A stretch of 64,000 bases of DNA from Amoebidium appalachense. Its lineage: Eukaryota; Protista; Ichthyosporea. The DNA lies in the NCBI GenBank assembly GCA_963693365.1, contig CAVNZM010000016.1, forward strand, positions 1,495,538 through 1,559,537, written 5' to 3'. A model generated the notes under the pieces. The model ran no database searches, was not told where the DNA came from, and saw only the letters and a list, made by a program, of their open reading frames with translations. Shown here piece after piece: positions 35,889 through 49,984 of this stretch. A program made the translations under genes and the position numbers. Numbering within the stretch: the stretch's first letter is position 1; the number at the start of each line of letters is the position of its first letter.

Positions 35889-38888
35889 TCAACAGAAACT
35901 CAACGCCACCTTGCCCCAATAATCCCCACGGATAACACGTGACTCTGCAAGGGAGACTCTGTTTTCCGTTGAAAAGAGAAGGCGACACGATGTGAAATCG
36001 AAATGTGTACAGATGTAAATAACGTCGGCGCTGTAGAATTTCGCAAGCGTAATGTCGCTGTTGTCGAACTTCTCGATGTCAAGATAAATTCTCAGCTCAC
36101 GGTCAACAACCCCTTTGCCATGTGCATCAGTTGCTTGCAACCTCCAGCCATAGTATTCGTCGCCGTCGCCTGAATCAATCAAACGCAAAGACCTTGCCAC
36201 CGGAAAGCAATCCACACATTGCATGCACGTAGAATATTCATACAAACCTTCCCCTGTAGCTATGTCGATGACTACGAGTACGTTGTTTTCGTCGTTTGAC
36301 CAGCACACAAACACCTCATCACCAGTATGACATTTGAGCACCTTAGCTACCTGCACCTCAAACTCAAAGGAATTGGCAACTTCCCATACACGCGCACCTG
36401 ATAAAATATTCCAAAGCGAGATATTATCCGGGCAAACAACAACCAACTGGCTACCTAGAATCCCAACACCATAATCCTTGGGTTGAGGAAAAGGTGGCTC
36501 TAAGGCAAACGACCGTACGAGAATTCCGTCAACGGCAGAATATATCGCAACGCGTGTGCAAAGCCATGCTGGGTTGCCACCACTACACTGCGTGTTCTGC
36601 CTGCCGTCGTATGTAACACATACATACTCCCCGCTAAAATCTACTCTTTGTACACGCTCGTCCTCATCTGCCCCTGTAGGTCCCCAATTGCTCACAATTT
36701 TGCCCTGTTTGACATCCCACAAAATACCCGCCACGTCCTTGTGCCCATCGTTTGAATTACGTGACCCGCTACTGATCCCCAGCGCTCTCCCCTGTGCACA
36801 CCAACCCATTTTGTGCCTCCTAACTCGACGCCCTCCATATCCATAGCCCTCCATATCCATATCCACATACTCCAGATCCCCCACGAACGACCCAACCACA
36901 CTTTCCTTGGGCCAGGGCAGCCCGTAATAGTCAAACCTTCTCAGTGTCTCCTCTTCCTCCTCATCCTCCGGCCACTGGTTAACCTGCCCACCTGAACGAA
37001 GAAAATCGAGCACATAGCCAAACGGCGTGGGGGAACGGTCGATGAAAACAGAACCGTCTGCTTGTTCTTTGACTGCGTGGCGGCCGCTGAACCATACAGC
37101 CAGCATGGAGCCAGGCACGGTGGAAAGTGTGTGGCGGGTGGTGACAAAGTGTGCGCCGCCCACATCCAACACCACTCGATCGCTGCCCTGCGCCTCCAGC
37201 TGCGCAACAGACGCACGTTCGGCTTCGAACACTCTCCTGAGGACAATAGAAAAAGACTTTACTCCTCCAAAAACATAATGTGTACAAAGTTTAACCCTCC
37301 CCCCCCCCCCCCCCCCCCCCCCGCCCTTCCCCCCCCCGCCACCACCACCACCACCTTTCGCCCTCTCCCCCCCCTCCCTCCCCCCCCCCCCTCTCCCCCC
37401 CAAAAAACTTCCCCATCCCTCACTCCTCCCTCTCCCTGCCCTGCACCTATAATACACACCGTCTCAGACCTAACGTACCGTGAAACACATGCTATATACC
37501 CATCCACTCCTCCGCACGCGTGTGTCCATGCTCGTGGATGTGTGCAAAACGCGCGCACCGCACATCTTTTTTCCCACTTGTCTCTCTTGAATCCTTGCAC
37601 CCACTACGTCCACACCTTGCTCAGTCTCCCTTTCTCTCCCCCTCTCCCTCCCTCCCTCCCTCCCTCCCTTCCTCCCTCCCTCGCTCTCTCTATCTCTCTC
37701 TCTATTACAGGGACTCTCTCTCCCGCCCTTTTCCCTCCCTCCCTCCCCACCCCCCGCCCTCCCTTCCCCCACCCCCTACCCTCCCCTCCCTCTCTCCCTT
37801 CGACTCCCTTCGGCTCCCTCCCTCCCTAACTAGCTCGCACTCTCTCTCGCACTCTCTCTCTCTCTCTCTCTCTCTCTGAGACTCTCTATCCTCCCCTCAC
37901 TTGCTCGCCGTTTCGTTTCCCCTCGCCCTTCCCCATATTCTCAATTCCTCTCCCTTACAACCCTCTTCCTTCCCCTCATCCCCCGACTCCGTCTCTCACC
38001 TGCCCCCCCTCTCTCTCTTCCTCCCTGTCCACTCCCCCATCTTCTCCCTCCCTCCCTCCCCCCGCCCCCTACCATAGCCCCCCCCCCCCCCCCCCCCCCC
38101 CCCCCCCAGCCAACCCATTCGCCCCCTGTTCATCACCCACTCACACACCCTTCCGCCCTTTTCCAGCTGCTAAAATTGTTCAAGTGAATCCACTTAAACT
38201 CCCCCTCTCTCCAAATCATTCCATCCGTTTCTCTCTCCTCTTCCCCCCCTCGCTCCCTCGTCTGTCTTTCTCTCTCCACCCCCCCCCCCCCCCCCCCTTC
38301 CCCCACCCCCCTCCCCCCGTTGCGCCACGGTTCCATCGCCGCCCCGGATGCCCACTCACTTCCCCCCCCCCTCCTCCCCCCTCCCCTTCGCCCTACTACC
38401 CATTCACCCACTCCAACCCACAACCACCAATATCCGTACTACAGAGTTCTCGCGAGGCTCTAAGCTGTGCCCCCTCGGCGTTTCATCTCCCGGGTCACCC
38501 ACTCATCCCTTCTCCAAAACGAAAAGCAAGAGCGAGTAGATGGGTAGATGAGTGTGGAAAAAAACGTAGTCCAGAGAAGCATTCCAGAGAGTGAATGAGT
38601 ACCATCTTTACCTTTCCTCCTCCAGCCTTGCCCTGTCCATCTTACCCTGTCCGCTGCAGCTAGTAGGCCCTCTGTCTCTCCAGCCAGGGCAGCAATCCTT
38701 AGCGCCATTCCAGAAACATCACTCCCTAGATCCGTGCTTTCTGCCACACATCCCGCCGCAACTTCTTTGTCCTTAGTGCTTGAAGATGTCTCGTTCGCAA
38801 AAGCCGTTAGTCGTTGTGCCAGTGTGTTCATGTCAGCGCTAAGAGATGTGGCTTCGGCCACAAAACGTGCCACCGCCTCTACCTCCAT
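35889..38888 (-). CDS. KCTD-type BTB/POZ (T1) domain protein with N-terminal helical region and C-terminal beta-propeller-like region
   Basis: The large exon 35889-37236 contains VVLDVGGAHFVTTRHTLSTVPGSMLAVWFSG...GSVFIDRSPTPFGYVLDFLRSG...DYYGL, then WD/PQQ-like strands (ILWDVKQGKIV, ISLWNILSGARVW, VIDIATGE). First exon 38646-38888 (MEVEAVARF...AADR|gtaag). Phases only join through tentative small exons (~38144-38165 and 37460-37469). Confidence 0.8.
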
Positions 38889-39073
38889 GATGCTAAAGAT
38901 TTTCTGCGTCAAACACTAGCGGGTGTTGAAGGGGAAGAATAAGTTTTCTCTTGCTGCACGGAAAGTTTCGTAAACAGCATTCAACAACGCTAACAACAAA
39001 CAGCATCAAACAACAACTAACTTAGAACTTCTTCGCAGTTTACTTTCACTGCGCTCTTGAAGCCTCTTTCCGA

Positions 39074-39112
39074 CCAATCCTGTGACGTAATACCTAAATT
39101 GACCATATTTGG
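39074..39112. promoter_or_regulatory. Cluster of CCAAT, CRE-like TGACGTAA and CArG (CCATATTTGG) motifs upstream of the BTB gene
   Basis: Motifs at 39074, 39083 and 39103, ~190-220 bp upstream of the ATG at 38888. Function is inferred only. Confidence 0.35.
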
Positions 39113-39740
39113 CAATCCCGGACAGTGATTGAATTACGACTCAAAATCGTCGTATTTACGATTAAGGACAGGGAGCCAATACGGGTAGCGCTGTTAGGGG
39201 CTGTATTGGTCTTTAGTAGCAGTAAAAAAGGTTTTGATGTGGAAACGGGTGTTTTTCTAGAGAAAAAATGATCAGATGGCCATTTTTGCAGTCCAGCGAA
39301 TGATTATGAAGCCCTGTTTTCCATTCGGGGTCTGTAATTGTTGGCGGGAAGCAAGATTTTACGAAAATAGCTTATAAAGCTTGAGAATACTTGGGGTCTT
39401 CACACGTCTAAATTGATCCGAACCCCACCAGTACGATTTAACAATTCCGAAAATACAGTTACGAATGGGGCAAAACAGGTAGCGAGGCCAAACCCCCACA
39501 AACCCTTTTCCCGGAATTGGATGATTGGTTCTTTTGTGATAACGGCTGGCGGTTCTACCTTCTTTGGAAACGCCTGCGCCCTATTAGGTAAGTTAGCGCA
39601 GCCATAGCGCGCAAACGAAGACCTACCTGAATGCTAGGAGTCATGTAGATTTGTAATGTTTTGAATAGATAGATGAAGAAGTGCCATTGTGGCACACATA
39701 CACGTGCACACAGCGTCACACACGTGCACACAAATGTGCC

Positions 39741-39775
<35 letters not shown>

Positions 39776-39970
39776 CATGACACATATGTACACCCACACA
39801 TGACCACACGTACACAGGTGCACACACGCACGGGTACACACACACATGCACACACAAACACGCGCACGCAAATGCACACAAACACACACATACGCACGCA
39901 CGCACGCACGCACACACACACGCACGCACACACACACACGCACAAACACACACACACACACCCACACACA

Positions 39971-40049
<79 letters not shown>

Positions 40050-40353
40050 CAAAAAAAAAAAAAAAAAAAAAAAAAAAAACACAGACACATGCATTCACAG
40101 ACACACATGCACGCACACACGTTCACAGAGTACATACACATAGTATTACACGCACATATATACGCGCACACACGCGCATGCGTACACACAAATGCATGCG
40201 TTACGGCATGCTAACACACGCACACGCACAGTCACACAGGCATGCGCGCACACAGGCACAAAGAACGCGCACACAAAAACACCCAGACACCGTGACACAC
40301 TTGAATTCCGCTGGTGCCACACACACACATGTGCACACATGTGCACATGCACA

Positions 40354-40454
<101 letters not shown>

Positions 40455-41207
40455 CCACACGGCCGCAGGCTGTGCAAATTTGAATACATACAAACACGTG
40501 CACTCGCGCGCGGTGGCCTGTTGGTCAATCATCGGTAGGGGGGGGGGGGGGGGGGGGGGGGGGAGGGAAGGAGGTTAAAAAAAAAAAAAGGCAGGAACCT
40601 CGTCAGAGGGGGGGGGGGGGGGGGGGGGGGGGCGGGGATGGGGGGTAGCGGGGCTGTACAGCTTTTTTTGACAAATTATCGCTGTGCATGCAGTGCGTGG
40701 AAGCCATACTAAATAATGCACCCGATTGCGAACGGCCGAGGTGCACACCTTAGGCCGGGCAGATATTAACCATATATTGTAGTGTCACATTGTTTGACCA
40801 ATAGAATTCACTATATGCTAACCCAATAGGATTTTAGTTTACCTAAGGTACAGAGGCCCTCCGCCCAAGATTGTCCGCCAACAAGGTTCCCTCGACACTG
40901 ATCTTGCCAAAATTTTAAGATTGTGCCGACGGGTCTATTTTCGGGACAATCTTATCGCTAATATGGGCAGAGGAGGTATGGGGGCATATCTTCAAGCTGT
41001 ATGACACCGTGATGGTTCCGGGATTTACGCTGTTTACTCGAGGCAAAGAGAGACCAGTCTCAGGTATGGGGGGTTTTTGCTCGGAATATCCCCTCAGCGG
41101 TATATCATGATCACGTACATAGATGTCGGGTGATGATTACATATCAGGGTTTACTTTCTCTACGAGGCACCATAAAGACTAAGAAAAATCAATTAGTTGG
41201 GTTCCCC

Positions 41208-41243
<36 letters not shown>

Positions 41244-41275
41244 CGGGCTCCCCTCGGACACTCGGTATCAGCTGG

Positions 41276-41374
<99 letters not shown>

Positions 41375-42210
41375 AGAATTTTGTAATGATGTGTTTCTCA
41401 AGCCAATCACTGATACATCTAATAAACAGGTCATAGTTACGCGTGTTTAGTATAAAATCAAGGATGAAGTAATTTTCAGGTAGGCTATCTTTCTGGGTGT
41501 CTGTTGTGAATGTGTCGTGTGTGTGTTGCGGTATTATTTGGTCTATTAAACTACATTTGGCGATACATGACCATTTAAACTGGTGTGTGTGTGTGTTGTT
41601 TGGGCATGCAAACGATGCCACCTTATACTTATTAGATCTCCACTGGATAGCACGTGTACGGTAAAAGTGTGGTATGTGATCAAAAATACCATCAGGAAGG
41701 TAATATGTATTTAGGTGTAACACATTTGCGAGTGCCATATTTGGCAATATGGTTAAGGAGGTCATTATATATAAAACGAGACATAAGGCTTATTTTTTCA
41801 AGGTGCATGCTTTCATCGGGTCTAGTGTCGTGTGGTATCTTTTTCCATTTGTTATATTGCGTAATCATTTTGTGATTTTGTACATGTCTAATAAGTAAGT
41901 GGCAGTCAAAGCCACACACACACTTTTGCGAGGTTTATTTGTATTTGTGCCCGGCGAAGAAGGAGAGAGAGAGGGAAGGAAAGGAAAGAGGGGAGAGGTG
42001 GGGAGGGGGCAGGTCGGATAGAGAAGAGAGGGTGGGAGGGCAAATAAGTCTTTAAGCGGCCTATGTGCTTATTGAATTTCAGCGCGAGATGGGATACTCT
42101 AGCAGCTATTGGGACCAGACCATATATCGAGAGCGTTACATGCGCAGGTTTACAACAGTTGTTAGATAGAAAGGAGGCAACTTCTGCTTCAAGGAAATTT
42201 TCCAAGGGTT

Positions 42211-42332
42211 TAAGCGCTCTAGTTCTCTCTTTCTTGATGCAAGCGGTTCCCCCAAAATGTCTTTTTCGGCATTTTGTTTACTAATTTAGGCTTCACATTA
42301 CCTTTGCGATTTTTGCAACCCCCGGCCCCCCC

Positions 42333-42363
<31 letters not shown>

Positions 42364-42588
42364 CTTCCTCCCCCCCCCTTCCCTCCTCCTCCTCAGAGGC
42401 CAAGCGCTCTAGTTCTCTCTTTCTTGATGCAAGCGGTTCCCCCAAAATGTCTTTTTCGGCATTTTGTTTACTAATTTAGGCTTCACATTACCTTTGCGAT
42501 TTTTGCAACCCCCGGCCCCCCCCGGCCCCCCCCCCCCCCCCCCCCCCCCCCTTCCTCCCCCCCCCTTCCCTCCTCCTCCTCAGAGGCC
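42211..42588. repeat. Tandem duplication of ~190 bp
   Basis: aagcgctctagttctctctttcttgatgc...cctcctcctcagaggcc occurs at ~42211 and ~42402, differing only in C-run lengths. Confidence 0.9.
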
Positions 42589-42755
42589 CCGTCCATCACT
42601 CCTAACTAACCCACACAAACCGTGACACACGCGCAATCGTGCGCGTGCGCAGACACACACACACAAACAACACATACACACTACACCCACATGCACTAAC
42701 ACACACACGCGCGCAAACATACAAACACACACACGTGTCACACACACACGCACAG

Positions 42756-42897
<142 letters not shown>

Positions 42898-44863
42898 TTG
42901 TGATGCAGGCGCGCACATACACAGCTTCATTCGTGAGACACACAGCTGACTGGCCTCTGTCTTTCGAATCTGTTTAATAGATGCTACGTTCTTGATCACG
43001 GTGACTCTGCCCGTTTGTTACGGTTCACATGCCATGTACATGTGTGACCGGATGCTTAAGCTTTTTTTGGAAATTGAGGGCATGAGATCCGGGACAAGCC
43101 CGTTTCAGTTTCTTTGAGCCATTTTGTTTTCAAGATGTTCAACCTTATAAAGCTCTAAAGCTTTAATTGGCTCTACTAAGGTTTTTCAATGTTATCTGAT
43201 CCCGTTTTGTTCCCCAGAGAGGGGGGAGGGGGAGGGGGAGGAAGATCTAGGCTTTATTAATTTTGAGGGATAGTAGTAAAAAAGGGGGGGGGGGGGGGGG
43301 GGGGGGGGGAGGGGGGGCCGGTCACTACACTTCCACTTGCTGAGGTAGGGGGAGAAGGTGAGACCCACCACCCCTCCGAGTAGGTAGGTGACCCCCCCCC
43401 CCCCCTCCCCCCCCCCCCTCCACCTTCCCCTCCTCCCCCCGCCTCCCGGCGGTATATCAGGCGGGAAGAGGGGACCCACCACCACCCAGCGGGGGAGGGG
43501 GTGGGGGGGGGGGGGTGGGGGGGGGGGGGGGGTGCACCCGAAAATGAATACTAGCAGAGTGTATGAACTATTGAACATCAACTTCAAAAGATGATGAATA
43601 CTATGTCTTCTCTACATTCACACATTGGTATAATCAGGGTCAGCGACCAGCTTACTAATAATAGATGGGCATCCCCTCCCTCCTTTCCTCTCCCCCCCCC
43701 CTCCCCCCCCCAAAAAAAAAAAACAAAAAAAAAACGGGGCCCGCTTGGGTCTCCTGGCCTCAGAGTCTATAGGATCTTATCCCCAGACGGCAATTCCTTG
43801 TTGCTCATATGCATGATTCGTTCGACTATGTATGCATAAATGTGTAGGCACTTAGAATTACCCCCCTCCCCCTCCCCCTCCCCCCCCTTCCCCCCCCCCT
43901 TCCCCCGGGGCATAAAGGTTGGCCATGGTTCCTGCGCTCAAGAATCGAGATCATAGAATTCCTTAACCACTACTACCGTGACCGTGCATGCTGGGTTCAG
44001 CATGCCAACACCGGTAATGTACATGTCACACACTGGCACGCACAGTGGCACACACATACACACACACAAGCGTGCGCGCACCCACGCACACATGCACACA
44101 GGCGCGCACACACACACACATGCGCGCACACAGACGAAACAGATAGACAGGAGAAAAACATAACAGTAACCAGTGCATGCAGGCACGCCAACATGCATGC
44201 ACACACACGCACACACTCACGGGTATGCTCACAGTTTGCCACGAGGTAAAATGCAGAATTTTGGTGGTGGCACATGCTCAATGTTCGATACCCCTCCCCC
44301 CCCCCCCCCCCCTCTCCCCTCTCACCCCTCACCCCCCTTTCAATTTCAAATTCAAAAAAGATGAATTAGGGGTCCCTAAGGGGAACCACAGTCTTCCACT
44401 GAACAGCACGGGCTGTCCCCTAGTTAGGCTGCATCGATGCTGCAATCAGACTCTTAAGTTATCACATTCTGAACACTCCTAAGTGCCATTAAACACTTCA
44501 CCCACTGTTTTTGTTGTGTTTCTTGACTTTGTGTTACTGTAATGTTCAGCTTTCTCTGAACTTGGCCGCTCGAACTCCTTAAGTATTCTTCAATTTTTGG
44601 CTGTGGTCTCATGCATGATGATGCAGGGGAGGCTGAGAGGTGCCGGCACCAGATCAAAGCACAATTACGGTAGATCATGAGACATATTCTATCATCTGAG
44701 CCTCTGAGAGCTATTGCAAGATAACAGGGATGGTTTTCCGTTGAATGGGGAAACGAAGTATCAAGTATCAACCTACTGTAATACATCATAGTATGTGCAT
44801 TCACGTTGTATCTCCTATAGTTCATCGACTGGTGATGGTGGTTGTATGTTTTTGAGTGTACGT

Positions 44864-44894
<31 letters not shown>

Positions 44895-44916
44895 GGGGGG
44901 GGGGGAGGAGGTTGTG

Positions 44917-44947
<31 letters not shown>

Positions 44948-45035
44948 ATGCGTGCGTGCGTGCGTGCGTGCTTGCAATACGTGCTTAAGCGTTGTGTGTG
45001 CGTGTGTGCGCTGCATACGTGCCGTGTGTGTGTGT

Positions 45036-45081
<46 letters not shown>

Positions 45082-46299
45082 AGTTGTTTTATGCTCTTCC
45101 GTGCGTAGGATATGTGTGTGTGTATATATGTATATGTGTGTGTAGATTGGGGTTTGTGCTGACACGTGGCCACGGACGGTTCGAGCCTGAATGCATATCT
45201 ATGCACGTGCGAGTCCGTGTCCCCATGATATTCCATGCACCATGCACGGTGATTCCGTCGATTTCGAAACCATCATAACCACTAGTGTTTTCCGGACCGT
45301 ACACTGAACGCAAGAGTCGGAGTGCACCCGATTCCATTGCAAGATTTATTTAAGACATGTGATGTACACCGTTTTCAACGAGAATAATAAAACTATTTGA
45401 CCATTTAAAAGTGAAAAAAAGAAGCCGTGTGCATGTGCGAGTGTCAGGGCTATGTACTCAGCATATGTATCAGTAAATCTGTGCATAATATGATATATGG
45501 GTGTTGCACTGAACATTTGTTCGGGGATCATCATGAAGATCAATTAAACTGTTACCGAGTCACTACATATTTGCACGAGATCTAGAAGGAGCATTGTTTC
45601 CTAAAAACTTACAGCGCTGATGTGCTTTGTTGTTTCCACGATATGGCACACGTTTTTAGTTAGTGTACAGGTTGCAAGGAGCAGCAGGATTATGCCTGTC
45701 TGTGTGTGTTCATGTGCGAGTTTTTTTTGTTTTTTTTTTTGTTGTTGTTGTTGGGGGGGGGGGGGGGGGGGGGGGGGTGTTAAGGGGAATTCGAACATCA
45801 AATTTGCACCTTCATGAATGGAGAGTTCATTCACAAAGAAACTTATGTTGGCTGAATGTGTGGAGAGACCCGCAACCGGGCGGACAACATGGTATTTCAA
45901 ATGCTATAGTCATTTGTATTGTTGTTATGACCATCCATATTTACAAATTTACAATACATAACCAATGTTTCTATTGCCATATTACGTTCATTTCATATGC
46001 AAGAATAGAGTAGATGTAGAAACTTCACCGCCGGTTGCCGTATTTCAGAATATCACACCCTTTCGGTGCTGGCTGAGTTGCCGTTGAACTCACAGACTCT
46101 TAACTTTGACCTGCTTCTTTCCATATATGTTAACATTTCTTCAACCCACACGGTCTCAAGGCACAGTTGACGCCAACAGCAACCCACAGTTATTCTTTCA
46201 TGTGCGTGTGGGGGGGTATCTGGACAGTCCGCCTTGCAATTACCTGAAGCTCATTCTCTTCAAACCGCGCGAATGCCAAGTTCAATCCCATTCACTGGT

Positions 46300-46590
46300 T
46301 TACAAGGGGAGAGCGGACTCGGACGCGGCAGAGCGGCGGCGGTAAGCATAGTAGCCAGCGGCGCCGACAAGGGCAACACCAGCAACTGCCCCGGAGGCAG
46401 CAGCGCCGATGACGGCAGCAGAGGGGCCGCTGGAGGCCGCGGGCTCGAGGGGAAGGGCCTTTGACGAAGCGGAGGCCGTGGGGGCAACAACAACGTCCGT
46501 GGGGTGAGCAACAAGCGCCTCCTCGACCTCAACGTTGGCCGCAAAGGCAACGGCGGCAACGGCGGCAACGAAAATAACCTTGGAGAGCAT
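46300..46590 (-). CDS. Small type I membrane protein (signal peptide, short Ala/Ser/Pro-rich ectodomain, TM, RRR), 96 aa, intronless CDS
   Basis: MLSKVIFVAAVAAVAFAANVEVEE...AAVIGAAASGAVAGVALVGAAGYYAYRRRSAASESALPL*. Codons are strongly GC3-biased (GCC/GTC), and TATAAAA lies on the minus strand near 46693-46699. Confidence 0.75.
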   Translation of the reverse strand: MLSKVIFVAAVAAVAFAANVEVEEALVAHPTDVVVAPTASASSKALPLEPAASSGPSAAVIGAAASGAVAGVALVGAAGYYAYRRRSAASESALPL

Positions 46591-48023
46591 TTTCAGTGGT
46601 TTGTGGTGGGAGATTGGAAACACAAAGGCTAGTTTAGCTACTTGTTATCGCAGCTATGTTCGAACTGTGAGAGATTGTGAGCGCTAGTTGAATTTTATAT
46701 GAGCCGCGTTGCAAGATCGGATCTGGAAGCTTTGTGCTCAGTCAATTTTGATTTGACACTCGGCGGCTGACATATCTCTATTTCATGGTTTTCATTGGTT
46801 GAGAAAGATCGTGCATTTTGATTCGTTACTACCTTGGAACCGATTGGCTTTCACTAGATCTAATGGAGATGGACGAAATGCTTTCATTGGTTGAGTCACA
46901 GCCTTTCGCATACCAACGATTTCCTCGCTACTAACTTTGAAATAACAGCGGCAAGAATCCAGTACGTACTGTGATCGAGGCACAAGGGAGTACCTAAACA
47001 TGGGATTAAAAATAAAAATAGGCGATATGAGGCAACTTTTTTTTTTCTTTCAGAATTATAAGGACTCTTATGTAAAAAAACCACACCCATATTTTGTATT
47101 ACGATTCAGCATTATTATAAGCGGCCGCGCCAATACTGTACGGTATCACGGTATAAGGCGAGATTATACCGAGGGAGATAGGATCTACAATGGCATATCA
47201 CTGACTTTGGCACACCCAGAGCCTGGCCGCGGCTGCCTGGCCGCGGCAGAACACAGGAGAAAACGAACGAACTCTGCATTCAATGTTCCACCCTGCATGA
47301 GCCATGTGCACATTTGACATATATTCGGTATATTGTGGAAGGATAATATATGCTGCCTTAACTAAGTACGCTCCATATCCGGACCAGCATAAATGTACAC
47401 ATGCATGCCGGCCGGCCGGTGTCACGGCCGGCGCGCGCCTTCCCGGGCCACTGCGTGGGAATTTCCACTTGATCACGTGTGTATGTGAACGCGGCTGGCA
47501 ACGCCTCTGGGCCGCCACTCAGAGGTCCATGACCCACGCCACTATATCAACCCGTTTGATGGTGTGACGCCATCCATGACGACATTGTTTTTATGTCTAC
47601 AGTATGAATGCACGTGTACGGTACGTATGCACCTGATGTACGTGTACGTCCTAAATTAACTGGCGTGAACAGTATGCGTTCTTGTGAAATGTATGCACCT
47701 GCACGTCTCGCCATGCACATATCACAAAAACAGTACATGGTATCAACCATCATGCAGGCACGTTGTATCTAATATATGCACACTTGGGAGAGAGAGAGAT
47801 CTGTGAGGTCAATGGGGGGGGGGGGGGGGGGGGGGGGCGCCTGGCTGAGGGGAGCGGGGGGGGGAGGAGCGAGAGCGCCGGGAAGGGGGTGGGGGGGGGG
47901 GGGGGGGGGGGGGGGAGCGAGAGACAGACAGAGAGAGAGAGAGAGAAGGGGGAGAGAGAGAGAGGGAGGGGGAGAGAGAGGGGGGGCGGGAGAGGGGGAG
48001 AGAGAGAGAGAGGGGGGGGGGGG

Positions 48024-48118
<95 letters not shown>

Positions 48119-48917
48119 GGAGAGGGAGGGAGAGAGAGAGGGGGAGAGGGGGGGGGGGGAGAGAGAGAGTGTGTGTGTGTGTGTGAGCGGGGGGAAGGGG
48201 GCCGGGGGAGGGAAAAGGGGGGGGGGGAGGGGGGGGGGGGGGGGGGGGGGGGGAGGGGGGAGTTGAACCTCGATGACTGCACAAAGGCATACGGCACTGG
48301 GCACACGTGTGGCCACGAGTATCTGCATCATGATCAGTATGCATGTGCACTTCAAGTCAAGCTTCCCTGTTGCTAGCGAGGCTGAGGCTAAAAACCTGGG
48401 CTAATTATATGGGCTTACTAGTGGTAATAATAGGGTTGGCAGTGGTTCCCATGAGAGACCCCTAAAGGGGACCCCAAGAAGAAAACGGAATAAATTTTAC
48501 ACTATGATAAAAATAGTAAAAAAACTTGGGGGAAAAAAACATTTGTCAAACACCTGCACACTCAGCTGCATGTGGAGGGTAAGTGGGGCCCCCGTGTCTT
48601 TTGTCCTTTTGGGAAGAAGAGAGAGTATAACCAGCACCAGGTAAAAAAATGTTGCACCGCTTGTGTTTGAAGGGGAAAGAGGGAGGGGCAGAGAAGGGAA
48701 ATTTCCTAGCCTCATAAAAACGATCTACTCAAATATCAACCTTATAAGGTTGACGGGAACCGATGATGATGAATGAAATTTGTTTTTTCGCACCCATGGA
48801 AGTTGAAGGTTGAAGTTTGGAAGGTTTTTATAAAAAGGGTAAGTCTGAAATTTCCATAGGAATAATAGCTAGGAATTGGAAGTGTTGAAACTATCAATCG
48901 TGCAAGTCCACTCTGCC

Positions 48918-48957
<40 letters not shown>

Positions 48958-49251
48958 CCCTTCCCGTTCTTCCCCATCCCCCCTATCATCCCCTTCCCCC
49001 CAAACACCACCCCGGCTTATACAGTAGCTAACATTTGACAATTGTGGAAGGTGCACGTCAAGACACCTATTATGCATGCATGCATGCAATACTTCTAAGT
49101 AGGTTAACGTTGAATGGGTTTTTCCGGAAAATTCCTTCAGAGAGCACTCCGTATAGAACTTTGATGGTGTGCATGCCGCAGCCAGGCATGCCCCTCCCCC
49201 CTGCCCCTCCCCCTCCTCGCCCCCTCCTCCCCCCGCCCCCCCCCCCCCCCC

Positions 49252-49292
<41 letters not shown>

Positions 49293-49499
49293 CATCATAT
49301 CTCTAATATGTATAACATGTATTAATGACATTTCTATGTCATCTCCACATAGCATATATGAATGGCAGTGCATGCATTCAAGACTTCGTGGCTAGCCACA
49401 CTAGGCAGTCTGGAGGGAAATTTTCGGAAATTTCCGCGTCCGTGTATACAGCTCGGGTATTCTGTTGCTTGCCCCCCCCCCCCCCCCCCCCCCCTCCCC

Positions 49500-49545
<46 letters not shown>

Positions 49546-49918
49546 ATATACAGACACACACTTCGGGTTTTGTGTGTATTGTCGTGCCTTAAAAAAAACA
49601 AAAACCTTACGGAAAACATTTTGTTTTGATGTTTGAATACACTAGTCGAATGAAGCTATAGTACGTTTCCAACATATATCCAGAAATTCCGGAGAAACCA
49701 GACGGAAGTTGGGTGCGCAGCCCTACGCGCATAGGCGAGCAGCACTAATTTTCGCGCAAGTACAAATTTCCACCTTCGCTCTGGATTTGGACCTTTCCCG
49801 AAATTCCCAGGAGTACCCAACATCCAAATTTTGGATCAGATTTAAAGGCCTCTGAAGAACCTATCTGTGCCGGTAGGATTTCCGTCTATTCGCCGGAAAT
49901 AATTTCTACTTATTTTCG

Positions 49919-49984
<66 letters not shown>

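Noticed and set aside
37237-37457. N-terminus of the 522-aa ORF (MYYRCRAG...GGGG) as the BTB gene start
   Set aside because: It runs through poly-G intron-like sequence. An acceptor lies at 37237 and a better first exon at 38646-38888.
41906-42290. Non-repetitive ORFs near 42 kb, and similar ones at 29280-29555, 44454-44825, 50250-50340 and 52395-52760
   Set aside because: No recognisable motif or consistent splice chain. They may be decayed TE or unrecognised exons, but cannot be supported.
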